64,000 nucleotides of DNA from Camelus ferus (taxonomy: Eukaryota): positions 56,360,001 to 56,424,000 of the forward strand of contig NC_045707.1 of NCBI RefSeq assembly GCF_009834535.1. Direction: 5' to 3'. The notes beneath the pieces were generated by a model. The model made no database searches. It was given only the letters and a program-made list of their open reading frames with translations, and was not told where the DNA came from. Shown piece by piece: positions 38,451 to 50,012 of the stretch; the stretch's first letter is position 1; each line of letters opens with the position of its first letter. The position numbers and the translations under genes were made by a program.

Positions 38451-39019
38451 CCTTTCCTTTCAGAACTTACCTCCTAAAGAAGATAAATCAAGATAATTTC
38501 AGACTGTGATAAATGCTAAAGAGGAATTAAATGTATTGATGAGATAGAGTCAATGTATTGAAGATACTATCTTAGATCTATGCTGAAGGAAGGGTTCTCT
38601 AAGAAGATAACTTTTGAGTTGAGATCTGAAGAATGGGAAAGCTCCAGTCCAAAAAAAAAAAAAAAAAAAAAGAAAACTGGAAGATTCCAGGCAGAAAAAC
38701 TTCAAATGTAAATAGGAATGTCCTAAGAACTGAAGAAAGGATTATGTGGCTGGTGTGCAGTGACGTGTGGGAAGAGGAAGCCAAGATGTTATTTATTTAG
38801 CATCTTGCTAGCCATATTAAGAATTATTAATTTTATCCTAAAGTTGAAAAATGTTAGGCACACCATGGACTCATTTAAAATATATTTAAACATACGAATA
38901 TGGTAAGTTGGAATATGTAACAATCCTTTATAGTAGTTATCTCTGAGGAGTGGTTTGAAGGGGGAATTTTTACTTTTAAAAGTAGATTTTATAGTGCTTT
39001 AATTTCGTATACATGTTTA

Positions 39020-39411
39020 ACAGACTCTCACTTTTCTTCTAAAATCATTCTCTCCTACATTAGTAAGACTATGGTAATGGACATGTTTAGACTGTATAGC
39101 TCCTGTTCCCTTGTAGTTAACGTGTAGTCACATGGCTAAATATGTGAAATTTATAATTATATGAAATAATATGCGTCGTTCTTATCTTTTGCAATAGTAA
39201 TTTGGCCCCTTCCATGCTTGCTTTCTTGTTTTGGCTACTTGCAGAGGCTGATGAGAATGATAAAGCCTTAAGATGGAAAGAAACTTTGTCTTGAATGATT
39301 GCATGAAGGGGAGCCACACTGATACATGAGAGAAAAAAAAACCCTCTGGTGTTTTAAGCTCCTGAAATTTTGGAATCTCTTACCATAGCTTAGTCTAACT
39401 TAACTAAATAT
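39020..39411 (+). mobile_element. MLT1J/K-like LTR (degenerate)
   Basis: 'agtcacatggctaa...agatggaaagaaac...catgagagaaaaaaaaaccctct...ttttaagc...ttaactaaata'. Confidence 0.6.
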
Positions 39412-40755
39412 AGTGAAGTACATGTATTGCTCTCATAATGGAATTAATTTAATATAATAATTTCAATTGTACTTCAGGTTAAGCCTTAAGTCCTTACGAA
39501 GCTTTGTTGTAAATAGGTCAAGGAATTACTTGGAGCACTAGAACAGGAGAATGTTTGAGAATTTTGGTGAAACGGTATTTAATAATTCCAGTGACTGATC
39601 TTATAGTCTGTGGCATATACTTAGATTCTCAATGATCTTCCTCTATTGCATCATGTGTCAAGAAGCTTCCACTTGTCTGTATCAAGGACTAGGAAGTACC
39701 ATTGGATTATACATTTTCAAATCACAACTTACACAGTATATTACCAAAATGTGACAAAATATAATTTTTCACATTGTCAATTTTCTGAGACTATTATTAG
39801 ATTATTAAATTTAAAGTCTCTTGCTATTAAAATTAAGTAGCTTGTGTTCTAATGACCAGGCATGTCAAATTGCCTTAGTATGAACCTTGTACCATCTATT
39901 TACATCTTATTAGCATCTGTCCTTGTATGCACAGAGCTTGAGAACATAATTATAAGTCTGCATGTCTATTTAGAAAACAAATCTAGAGGTCAAACAAGGA
40001 CAATTCTAGAGGTCATGCAAAACTCTTATTCTCTCTTTAATTTATATTATTTCTGCTGAACCCATTCAAAATGAGAAAATCTTTTCTAACATCTCTCACA
40101 TTGTTTTTTGGTGAAGTGCAGTAACTGGTGTTGTATAATAAAAAAATTATTCCCTGGCCCCAACCTCATGTTCCTGACATGATATCAAATCTAGCTCTGC
40201 TAAAATAGTCAAATATTTAAGGAAAATTTACTGTGCTGTTACTTCTAATACTGAAAAATTTGATTTAAAAAACAATAAAAAATCATCCTCTACCTCTCTA
40301 ATGGAACATAAACAACACTAGAAATGTATAATCTGAATATGCTATAATAACCTAGAAAAATTCTGTGTTAAGTTAAAATTAATAGAATAAAAATTGTATC
40401 TGTGATGCTGTGACTAAAATTATATAACTAAATAATTTTGTAAGGGTGTAGCTAAAGAAAAAGAAACAGAGTTTAAAGATTTGATTTATTGGAGTTGCAA
40501 AATTGTGGTTGGTATTTTTCCTCTTTTATTTATATTTTATTAATGGTGCTATAATATTGTTTACGTATCAGGGAATTAACTCATTTGAAGTCATTCTTTA
40601 GTCATAATTAATTGCTGAGTACCTACCTTAACCTAGATTCTATCTTGAGCTCTGGGAATACACAGTTGAGAAGACAAACTCACTGCCTATTATAGAACTT
40701 AAATTCTATTGAGGGAGAGATACAATAAATAAATAAGTAGATGATATAATTTGCT

Positions 40756-41581
40756 GTGTCTCTTGGGTTCTCTAGAAAGTAGACACTGAAATGGACGTAG
40801 GAGTGAAAAGGTTTACTGGGGACTAACATTAGTGAAAAGAAAAGGGGGGAAGCAGGATTGGGCAGAGGTCAACTATGCTGCTGCCCTTGACAGTATTCCC
40901 ACCAGTCCAGTGCGGCACTCCAGAGCAAAGAGTTCTCATTAGAAATGGCTGGGTCCTTGTATCTGTTACGGAAACGACAGGCCAGTCAAGAAACAAGCAC
41001 CACTCGGAGGGTTGGAGTACTCAGATGTATTACGCTGGCGGGCTCAGAGGGGCTTCTGCTCCGAAGCTCTGAGCACCTCCAAGACGTGCACATGAGGTTT
41101 TATAGGGTAAAGTACAAGCTTGGGGTATTCGGCCAATAGGCATGGAACAGCTTTAGCAGCATTATCATCACAAAGGTGGAGGCAGGGAGGCAGCAAACCA
41201 ACATTCCAAAGCCAGATATGTATCTTTGAAAACCCAGCTGGCTAGAAAAAAAACATAAACAGCAAACCAACACTAATTAACTTAGATTTACAAGTTAGTC
41301 CAGCAGAACTCAGATCAGTATTCCAATACTTAGACTTGTTAGCCCAGCCCAGCCTCTCCTTCACATTCCTAGACCTGTGAGTTATCTTGTTAGACCAGCC
41401 CAGCTTTTCCTTCACATTGACACATTGGCTGAGGTCACCCAGAGAAGAGTGTCACCTGCACTCAAAACTGAGGCAGGCTCTGAAGGAGTTAGTAGTGGGG
41501 TTGTTAGTTAACCCCCCTCCTCACTTCTGGGCAACAAATCTTTCTCAGAGGAAGGTCTGAAAGGAGTATCTCTTTGTTCAC
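40756..41581 (-). mobile_element. LTR16-like ERVL LTR split by a young LTR
   Basis: 'gggttctctagaaagtagacactga...aggtttactgggg...gaagcaggattgggcag' continues after 41416. Homologous to 58032-58390. Confidence 0.75.
40964..41416 (-). mobile_element. Very young ERV1 (gammaretrovirus-like) solo LTR, copy 1 (453 bp)
   Basis: TG...CA termini. On the minus strand: ~31-bp U3 direct repeat, CCAAT-type box, TATAAAA and AATACA. About 4 substitutions versus 45008-45460. Flanks tatc/ttga give no TSD. Confidence 0.95.
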
Positions 41582-41782
41582 ATTTTTGTAGATAAAAACA
41601 GAATAAGAAGAAATAGTGGGAGGTTTATTTTAAATAGCATAGTGAGGAAGGCCATTGATAAGATAATAATTGAGAAGAGATTTGGAAGTTAGTTTCAATC
41701 CTTTTGATGATCTGGGGTAAGGATATTCCAGGATAGGGTTCAGCAGTGAGAAGATCCTAACATGGCAACAAGTCTGTGTGGC

Positions 41783-42273
41783 TGAAGACATGGAAGCAAC
41801 CTAAATGTCCGTTGACAGATGTTTGGACAAAGAAGTTGTACTCAGCCATGAAAAAAAATAAAATAATGCCATTTGCAGCAACATGGATGGATCTAGAGAT
41901 TATCATACTAAGTGAAATAAGTCAGACAGAGAAAGACAAATATCATAGGGCATCGCTTACATGTGGAATCTAAAAAAATCATGAAACAGAAACAGACTCA
42001 CATAGAAAATAAACTTATGGTTACGAAGGGGAAAGCGGCAGGGGTTGGGGGAGAGGGAGGGGAAATTGGGAGTTTGGGATTAGCAGATACAAACTACTAT
42101 ATACAAAATAGATAAGCAACAAGGTCCTACTATATAGCACAGGGAATTATATTCAATAGCTATAATAACCTATAATGAAAAAGAATATATATATACACAC
42201 ACATATATATATGACTGAAGCACTATTATACACCAGAAACTAACACATAACTAGCCATACTTTAATTTAAAAA
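41783..42273 (+). mobile_element. L1 3' end (ORF2 C-terminus plus 3' UTR)
   Basis: ORF 41776-41973 KTWKQPKCPLTD...MPFAATWMDLEIIILSEISQTEKDKY is the L1 ORF2 end, followed by the 3' UTR. Confidence 0.9.
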
Positions 42274-42274
42274 G

Positions 42275-42396
42275 CGTCAGTTGATTGTAGATGTTAACCA
42301 TATCTACAAAATACCTTTACAGAAATACCTAGATTAGTGTTTGATTAAATAACTGAGGACTAGAGTTCAGCCAAATTGACAAAACTGACCACTACA
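42275..42396 (-). mobile_element. MLT2 (ERVL) LTR 5' fragment
   Basis: The reverse complement begins tgtagtggtcagtttt...caatttggct...aaacactaatctagg...aaggtattttgtagat. Confidence 0.75.
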
Positions 42397-42467
42397 CTCT
42401 TTGAACCTGTATATTGAACAAGACAAAAACAGATTGCTTTTCCTAGATTTTCTCGGATAATCCTGGG

Positions 42468-42660
42468 GTCAATTTGGTCAAATCTAAGATGCTATTGATT
42501 GTAAGACACACCGTTATTTTTGTACCACTAATGAAGGGAAAAAAAAAAAAAACTGTCAGCAGTTAAGCTAACATGTTACTGGTTGTAAGACATATCCTTA
42601 TTTCAGTGATGTTAAAATAATAAAACTATGTGTATGTTAGAATTGATTAAAAAATTATAA
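42468..42660. mobile_element. MER104-like (TcMar-Tc2) MITE
   Basis: 'aatctaagatgctattgattgtaagaca...ttgtaagacatatccttatttcagtgatgttaaaat...ttagaattgat'. Confidence 0.6.
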
Positions 42661-42699
42661 ATTAAAATTAAAAAATTTAAAAAGTGTATTTTAGATTCC

Positions 42700-43200
42700 T
42701 AGTTGACATGTAAAGAGTTTAAGATTATCATGAAGCTCAGAGAAGCTGAGTGGAGATTAAATTTGGGAGTCATAAGAGTATAGGTGAAATTTATAACAAT
42801 GAGAATGACTAACATCACCTTTGGAAGTGAGTGCATATAGAGAAGTATGCCTTTGATTGAGTCCCAAGGTACTCCACAATTCAAAGGTAGACATAAAGAG
42901 GAACAGGTAGTAAAGGAGACAGAAGACGCGCAGTCAGACTGTGCAAGGAAGAACACCAGGACATGTGGTGTCCTGGGAAGCCAGAGCTGTTTGTTTTTTT
43001 TCAAAGGGAAGATGCTCAACTGTGTCAAATGCTGCTGAGAGGTCAAGTAAGATGAAAACTGGGTGTTGACTTTTGGAAATGGTAAAATGGAAATCAATGG
43101 GTGACCTTGACAGGAGCAGTTTCATTACATTCACAGCAGGGAGGAAAGCCTTCTTTGAAAGCAAGGTTAAGAAAAAGGGAATTGGAACTTGAGAAAAAAG
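42700..43200 (-). mobile_element. L2 fragment
   Basis: 'aatttgggagtcat', 'tggtgtcctgggaagcca', 'caactgtgtcaaatgctgctgagaggtcaagtaagatga' and 'ggtgaccttgacaggagcagtttca'. Confidence 0.85.
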
Positions 43201-43877
43201 AAGCAATGCAAAGGGGTGTGTGTGTGTGTGTGTGTTTACATTTTATCCCTAGAAGACATTATTTTTTAAAAGGCACAATATATTGTATTCTTTGGACTAT
43301 ATATTTTTTTCTCTCACTAAATGAGAGATCTGAAATACAGTTGAGTCAGTTGATGAAGCTAGTCAAGTTCTACTGCTAAAGTTTTTGACTATAGGTAGTG
43401 CTAAACTCTTTATAAATACTGTTTGGTAAAAAGAGTTGGATGAATTTTGCTAATGAAAAAGTTACTACCCTAGATGCCAAGAGCTAAATATATCAATATA
43501 AATTACATAAATATTTTGTTTGGAGCAGCATCTAATATACATTTCTACATCTATAATTAACCAAGTAAAGGAAAAATTAACTGGTAGTTAAGTTATAGTA
43601 ATTGTTACAGGCTCACACATGCCATTATTATTAGATTGTTTCCACATACATGACAACATTTAATACTGAAAATGATCCTGTGAAAAATGAAAAATTGAGG
43701 CTGCGTTTCAGGTAACTTGCTCAAAATCAAAATAGCTACTTTCAGATATGGAATTTGATTGCAAGTCTGACATTAGGCTCTTGCTTACTCTGCTGTGTAA
43801 TGCTACTTCTTCGTTTAAAATTACCAAACAGCTTAAAAGAGGCAATCATTTTTGCCTGGTGTGACACTAAGTTGTTA

Positions 43878-44519
43878 TGAGACAGGAGGGAAGGGTACAG
43901 GGCACAACCACTCAAAGAATGACAGCAATTTAACACCAAAATGGTAGAAGATTCACCTCCAGGTTGGCCTTAAGGATTAAGAGGTTTGACTTCTAGTAGA
44001 CCTTGAGCTTCATTATATGCTCATTGTAACAGCGTGGTGATCAAATAACATGCCCGCAGGCACCATGACAGCCCCACGGCTAACCACAAAAGGCCAAAGA
44101 ATGGGCGGTGGCCCAATTCCTGGGAATCACAGCTTCTTCCCCAGGGCAGATGGATTGAACCCACCTGTAGGCCTGTGAAGCTACTGAGACCATAAAAAGT
44201 GACACCACCACGCCTAGTGGCCCTTTGCGCTCTCTCTCCCCTTTGGAGATGGCCCACACTGTGTCTATGGAGTGTGTACCTAATTTTACTTTAACCTGAG
44301 CACCCAATTCCTACACCTCTTTCCTTGCCTTTCTTTTGCCTTACACTCTATGCAGTGTGTATCTCTCTAAATAAATGTACCTTTACTCAACGGTGGCTCG
44401 CACATGAATTCTTTCCTGTGCAAAGCCAAGGGCCCACACCTGGCAGGGCACGCCCCAGGGGCTCAACCGAGACCTGGGACTTGGCCCTTCTCATGACCCA
44501 CATCCGTTTTCCTGCATCA
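43878..44519 (+). mobile_element. ERV1 solo LTR (family of 36623-37234)
   Basis: tgagacagg...cctgcatca termini, colinear with 36623-37234. AATAAA near 44370. No matching TSD. Confidence 0.9.
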
Positions 44520-44852
44520 TCTCAACCAAGATGCCAGAATACTCAACTTCCAGTAGACCTTGAGCCTCATGGCACACCCACAGGCTGTCCATAAAAGATC
44601 AAAAAGTTTCCAGGAAATCCTTGCTCCTTCCCCAAAGTAGTTGGAATAATCCTCTCACTCACTAGCAAATGAAATTACCAAGCCCATAAAAACTAACACT
44701 CTGCACCTTGTGTTCCTCTGTCTCTTGCCTTCTGAGATGGCCTGTACTCTGTCTATGGGGTGTGTATCTTTTTAAATAAACTTGCTTTCACTTTACTATG
44801 CCTGCTCTTGAATTCTTCCCTGAACAAGGCAAGAACCTATTCTCCGATAACG
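44520..44852 (+). mobile_element. Related, more diverged ERV1 LTR lacking its 5' part
   Basis: Shares 'cttccagtagaccttgagc', 'ccataaaaac', 'gagatggcc...ctgtctatgg.gtgtgta', AATAAA and 'ctcttgaattctt' with the LTR directly upstream. Ends gataacg. Confidence 0.8.
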
Positions 44853-45007
44853 CCAATCAAAACTTTAAAGGACTTCAGAATGAATTACAACCCAGTAAAG
44901 ATCTAAGAATTACACATGTAAGTTAAGGCCAAATATTCTATTTTTCTAGATAGTGGTTAGTTAAATAATTTTAAATAATTAAATAATAGGAGAGTTGACC
45001 TAATTAG

Positions 45008-45460
45008 TGTTACGGAAACGACAGGCCAGTCAAGAAACAAGCACCACTCGGAGGGTTGGAGTACTCAGATGTATTACGCTGGCGGGCTCAGAGGGGCTTC
45101 TACTCCGAAGCTCTGAGCACCTCCAAGACGTGCACATGAGGTTTTATAGGGTAAAGTACAAGCTTGGGGTATTCGGCCAATAGGCATGGAACAGCTTTAG
45201 CAGCATTATCATCACAAAGGTGGAGGCAGGGAGGCAGCAAACCAACATTCCAAAGCCAGATATGTATCTTTGAAAACCCAGCTGGCTAGAAAAAAAACAT
45301 AAACAGCAAACCAACACTAATTAACTTAGATTTACAAGTTAGTCCAGCAGAACTCAGATCAGTATTCCAATACTTAGACTTGTTAGCCCAGCCCAGCCTC
45401 TCCTTCACATTCCTAGACTTATGAGTTATCTTGTTAGACCAGCCCAGTTTTTCCTTCACA
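45008..45460 (-). mobile_element. Very young ERV1 solo LTR, copy 2 (453 bp)
   Basis: Perfect 4-bp TSD TTAG (45004-45007 / 45461-45464). About 99% identical to 40964-41416. Confidence 0.95.
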
Positions 45461-46284
45461 TTAGTAGAAATGAATTTTATATGAAAATATTTTTATATGT
45501 TCTGTATATATTCTTAGCATAGAAACATACTTAATTTTTACAGAATTTCAGTTGTATAGCTGTTAGCAACTTTAACATCAATACACATACATATACACAA
45601 TTAGGAAATTTTGCAAAATTCTTGATCTTGAGGAGAATAGGCAAGGAAGAACAAATTTTAAATTGGCACTTGAAATGTTGACAGTGGTATAATAAATAGG
45701 CATATTTGGTACTGATAGGTAACATAAAGATTAAGACATTTGTTTATGACTTTATGTAAAATAGTAATCAGATGCTATAGTATAGCACCAATTATGAATA
45801 TAATGTTAAACTGATTATGCATTCTAGACCTATGGCAACTATTACCTAGGTTACCACATAAATGTATTATCTTGAACTGAATTTATTAAATGAAAAGTTT
45901 TCTTTTGGATTCCCGCTATTGCAATGTGAAAAATGAGAACAGGATTTAAAGTGATTCAGAATTGCATAAAACAGATTTTGAATTACATTTTTCATGATTA
46001 GAAAAGATAAAATAATCACAAAATTTGTTTCAATTAAATATCCCAGACAACATATGGTGATGATTTACACTGTATTACTCATTTTCCCCTAAAGAATTTG
46101 AATATGCTCTATATTGCTGTTAGGGAATTCTGAGAATACTTTGTATGAATTAGCTATTGTTAGACATTTTTTATATTATACCTACTTTATTCAATGAGAA
46201 AGAAAAAGACACTGACAACTAAAAAAATCCAAGTTAGATACATCTTTAACTCCCATTTATCTTTCTTTTGTTATTTTATCATGA

Positions 46285-46720
46285 TGTGGCCTTGATATTG
46301 AGGCAGATTCCATTCTCTACCCCTTAGACCCCTCAACTTTTCAACTAGTTCTATTTCCAAGTTAGGTATAGTCATGTGGCTAAATTTTCTCTAACACATG
46401 CGAATGGAAGTGATGTGTGCCACTTCTGGACCTGGTCCACGGTAGGTCCCACCACAGTCTCTTATGCATGTTAGTCAGATGCAATTTTATTGTAACAGTG
46501 ACCCAAATTTAATCATACGATAAAGATGAGGCACTAAGGAATGGTGGAGGAACATGAAGGAAGGAACCTGGGTTTCTGAATGAACATGTGGAGCAAAGCA
46601 GCTTTCTGACCTGGACTGCGCTTTCAGTCTATCAGTTGAGAGAACAATACATTTTTGTCTTTTTAATACTACTCAATTATTGTTAATTACTTTTATTTTA
46701 GCAGCCCAGCCTAAATAACA
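46285..46720 (+). mobile_element. MLT1J-like MaLR LTR
   Basis: 'gtcatgtggctaa...ggaagtgatgtgtgccacttctgg...ggaaggaacctgggtttctgaatga...tgtggagca'. Confidence 0.8.
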
Positions 46721-48320
46721 GTGAGGGAAGGAATAGGTCCAGAAGTTTTCTCAAGTTCATGGGTTCAAGTTAGTCTGTTTATCCATGGGTCATATCCTAC
46801 CCCATAATGACATCAGTCTTGGTGATACAATCTTTTTCACACTCCTCCCCAGTTCTTTCATCATCCTTTCATGGATCTAATTCTAATAAATGCTTGCTGT
46901 ATTTATTTGCACTTTTTCTTATTTTAATGCTATTGCCATAGCTAGGAGTAGGGTTGGTATCTATTGCCAGGACAACCAGGAGCGGCTTCTGTACATCACA
47001 ATTTTGCAAGAGACGTTTAGCTCAACTTGACTGATTTTCATGTTTGTTTTTGGCTAGCCTTACTCTTGCAAGTAGAAGAATCCAAAGTATTCCATGGTCT
47101 ACACATTTTCTTTCTTTGTTTTTGTTTTTTTTTAATCTCTGATGATTTACACAGATTCCGATGAAGATATGAAATTAATGACTTTATGCCTTTTTAATAT
47201 ATACAATTTATATTTTCCTATATATATTTGTAATATATATTGCATTTACATTTTTGTATACCATATATTTAATATGTTTTTCTATACAATGTTTATTATT
47301 TTTTGTATTTTCCCCATTCAATATATTTCTGTTCTTAAGTTATTTTCTGGCCAACACTCCCTGATTTTATGGAGGAATAAGATAAGAAATAGAAGGAATA
47401 GTTAGCTTAGATGATTTCATGAAGCTGCCAGTTCTCAAACTTGGTTCCTCTGACTCCAAGTTCTTTTTTTTTTCCCATAAATGGTAATGGAGTGACGTGC
47501 TAGAATGTACAGTGGAAATACTGGAAATAGTAGAGTCAACAGCTTGAGGGAAGAAGGGTTAGAAGATTAGCAAAGAAAAGCAAGGGATAAAGAGATTTGC
47601 AGACTTGTGGAGAAGCTGAGCTTGTTTTAGGTGACCTAGGATTGCATGATTGAGAGGCTTCATGGGAAGTAATTGTTCTTAGATATGCCAGTAGTGGAGG
47701 AGCGTTCTTGTTGTCAGAACTGGTTGACCATTCCCAATTCCTGCATGGACTAACTTTCTACTTCCAGAGTAGACATAAAGGTCTCTGCTGGGGAGTGTCT
47801 TAAGGTATGTGCTGTGGGTAGCTGCAAGCCCTGCTCTAGCACAGCCTCTCCTGACACTAACAAGAATCTCTTTACCGGATCTCGCTAATTTGCAAAATGA
47901 AAGCACTAACAGAAGGATCTTTTCCTGGTGACTGGCCATGGTCTGGCTCTCATTTACAGCTTAGTTACAGACTTATTTATGGCTTTATCATCTTTCCATT
48001 CATCTTTAACTGATCTCCTTATGTCCTCACTTTGTGGATTTTATCACACACTAATTAAAATGCATGAAACAATAAATGTATGCTTTTATATACAGTGATA
48101 TATAAGGCAGTATCAGTGAGGATAGGAAGAAAGATTTTTATGAGAAGCTTAAAAAAAATCAACAGTTAAAAAAAATCTAAGAGAAGATTTAAGCTATTTT
48201 TAAATGTCCAAAAAGTAACTTTGTGGTCTTTTTCAGCATCTCATCTATATCTTTGTGTACAAATGTTATGAGCTGGCCACCGAAATTTGTTGGGATTGTT
48301 CCACCACCAGTAATGGCTAA

Positions 48321-48686
48321 CATTAGTTTACTAGGCTGCCATAACAAAATCTCACAGGCTGGTGACTTAAACAATAGAAATTTATTTTCTCAAGCTCTGG
48401 AGGCTAGAAGTCCAAGATCAAAGTGTCAGTAGGTTTGATTTCTTCTGAGACCTCTCTCCTTGCCTTGCAGATGGCCACGTTCTGGCTATGTCCTCATCTA
48501 GTTATTTTTTTCTTGGCACACACAGCCCTGATGTTTCTCTGAATGTCCAAATTTCCTCTTCTTATAAGGGCTCCATTCAGATGGGATTAGGGTTCACCCT
48601 CATGGCCTCATTTTAATTTAACTAACTCTTCAATGGCCAAATCTCCAATTCAGTTGCATTCTGAGGTACTTGAACCATAGCTAACA
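48321..48686 (-). mobile_element. MLT1A/B-like MaLR LTR
   Basis: 'ggctgccataacaaaat...cttaaacaatagaaatttatttt...ctggaggctagaagtccaagatcaa...cattctgaggtact'. Confidence 0.9.
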
Positions 48687-48945
48687 ATTAATAAATGCTG
48701 ATGATATGTCTGCACTGTTTTAAACTCTTTTCATGTACTGACTTGTTTAATCTTTGAAACAAATCTATGAGCTAGATGCTATGAAAAAAACCTTCTTTTC
48801 ATAGTATCTAGCTCACACTATGCGAAAACGGAGGCACAGAGAGGTGAAACAAATTTCTCAAGATCACAAAGGTAATAAGTGGCAGAACAGGGAACGCATG
48901 GAAGTCGCCTGGTCTCAGAGCTGCTCTCAGCTGCCATGCTGTTTA
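48687..48945 (-). mobile_element. MIR SINE
   Basis: 'gaaaacggaggcacagagaggtgaaacaaatttctcaagatcaca...taagtggcaga'. Confidence 0.8.
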
Positions 48946-49443
48946 GTGTTTGTACAAATTTAAGGGTGAACACACTAGGAATGGATGCTCAGTTCAGAAG
49001 ATGACTTCATGTTCTGGCCCCACTACTCTATGCCTTTCAGAAAGCTTTCTGTGCTCTTTAGGTCTTCCATAGTCTTCTTTTTGTGAAGAATAATGGACAG
49101 GATGATATAAAGCTCTTCTGTAAATAAGGACTACATAAATGTCAACTTTATAGTAATTTAATCAGTAGGAGTGTGTCACTTGTATTTATGGGCAGCCTGG
49201 TTACTGAGCAGAGGAAATTGTGTTGATTTTCAGAGAAAACAGATCCATCATAATGTGAATAAAAGAAGATCATATAATGTGTGGCAGTAAACCTTTTACT
49301 TCATGTAGTAAATCCAACATGGTACCCAAAGATCTCAACCTTAGTTCATGTGTACCTTCTAATTTCACAATTAAGCAAAAAATTTATTATTCCAAAACAT
49401 TCAGAGGTGAGAAAGAAAAAAGTAGCCCCTGACATTGGGAAAC

Positions 49444-50012
49444 TGTTGTGACACAGCTCTAAGTTTCAGAATTACTTGGTGCTGGCCTGGTACTTACAGC
49501 TGGTGATTCTCCCATTGGACAGAAAGAATCAAACACCAACTCATCAAACCCCCAGATCAGACAAGGCCACTCTGAGACCGCAACAGAGTGTGACAAAACA
49601 AGGCCACCTCATGACTTTTTAAGCACATATAAAAACAAGATCTCTGTGTTATTTACAAAACAGCAAGCATCCCCCTCTCCTGGGTGACATAAGGGACCGC
49701 TACTTTATTACCAATTACAGCAGGAGCCTTTCTTTGATGGGATGTCCATATAGATGGGCTTTACTGAGATACCCAACCACAGAATTGTCCCTGCTTTCTG
49801 ACAGCATCTAGGGTGAACCTCTACTTTCTTAGACTCTCCTCGAAAGCACCCAGCCAAAGCCCAATCCTCTTATAGGCTCTTTCTACCACCCTCTTCCTGA
49901 GATGGCCCACATTTCCCCATGCTTCTTCCCCCTTTGCTTCATGAGTGAATAATAAACCCAACTTATTCAATTATAGATGTTTCCGGCGGTCTTTAGCTGA
50001 AGGGCAATGATA
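49444..50012 (+). mobile_element. Ancient ERV1-class solo LTR (MER89/MER34-like)
   Basis: tg start, repeated 'caaggccac', TATA-like 'cttatagg', and AATAAA followed by 'cccaactt...ggtctttagctgaagggcaatgata'. Confidence 0.75.

Noticed and set aside
40964..45460. Intact or internally deleted provirus bounded by the two near-identical LTRs
   Set aside because: There is no PBS, PPT or retroviral coding sequence inside, the interior is old host repeats, the outer flanks are not a TSD, and copy 2 has its own TSD.
36623..45460. Segmental tandem duplication suggested by the A-B-A'-B' LTR order
   Set aside because: Similarity stops at the LTR termini, the spacers are unrelated, and A/A' are much more diverged than B/B'.
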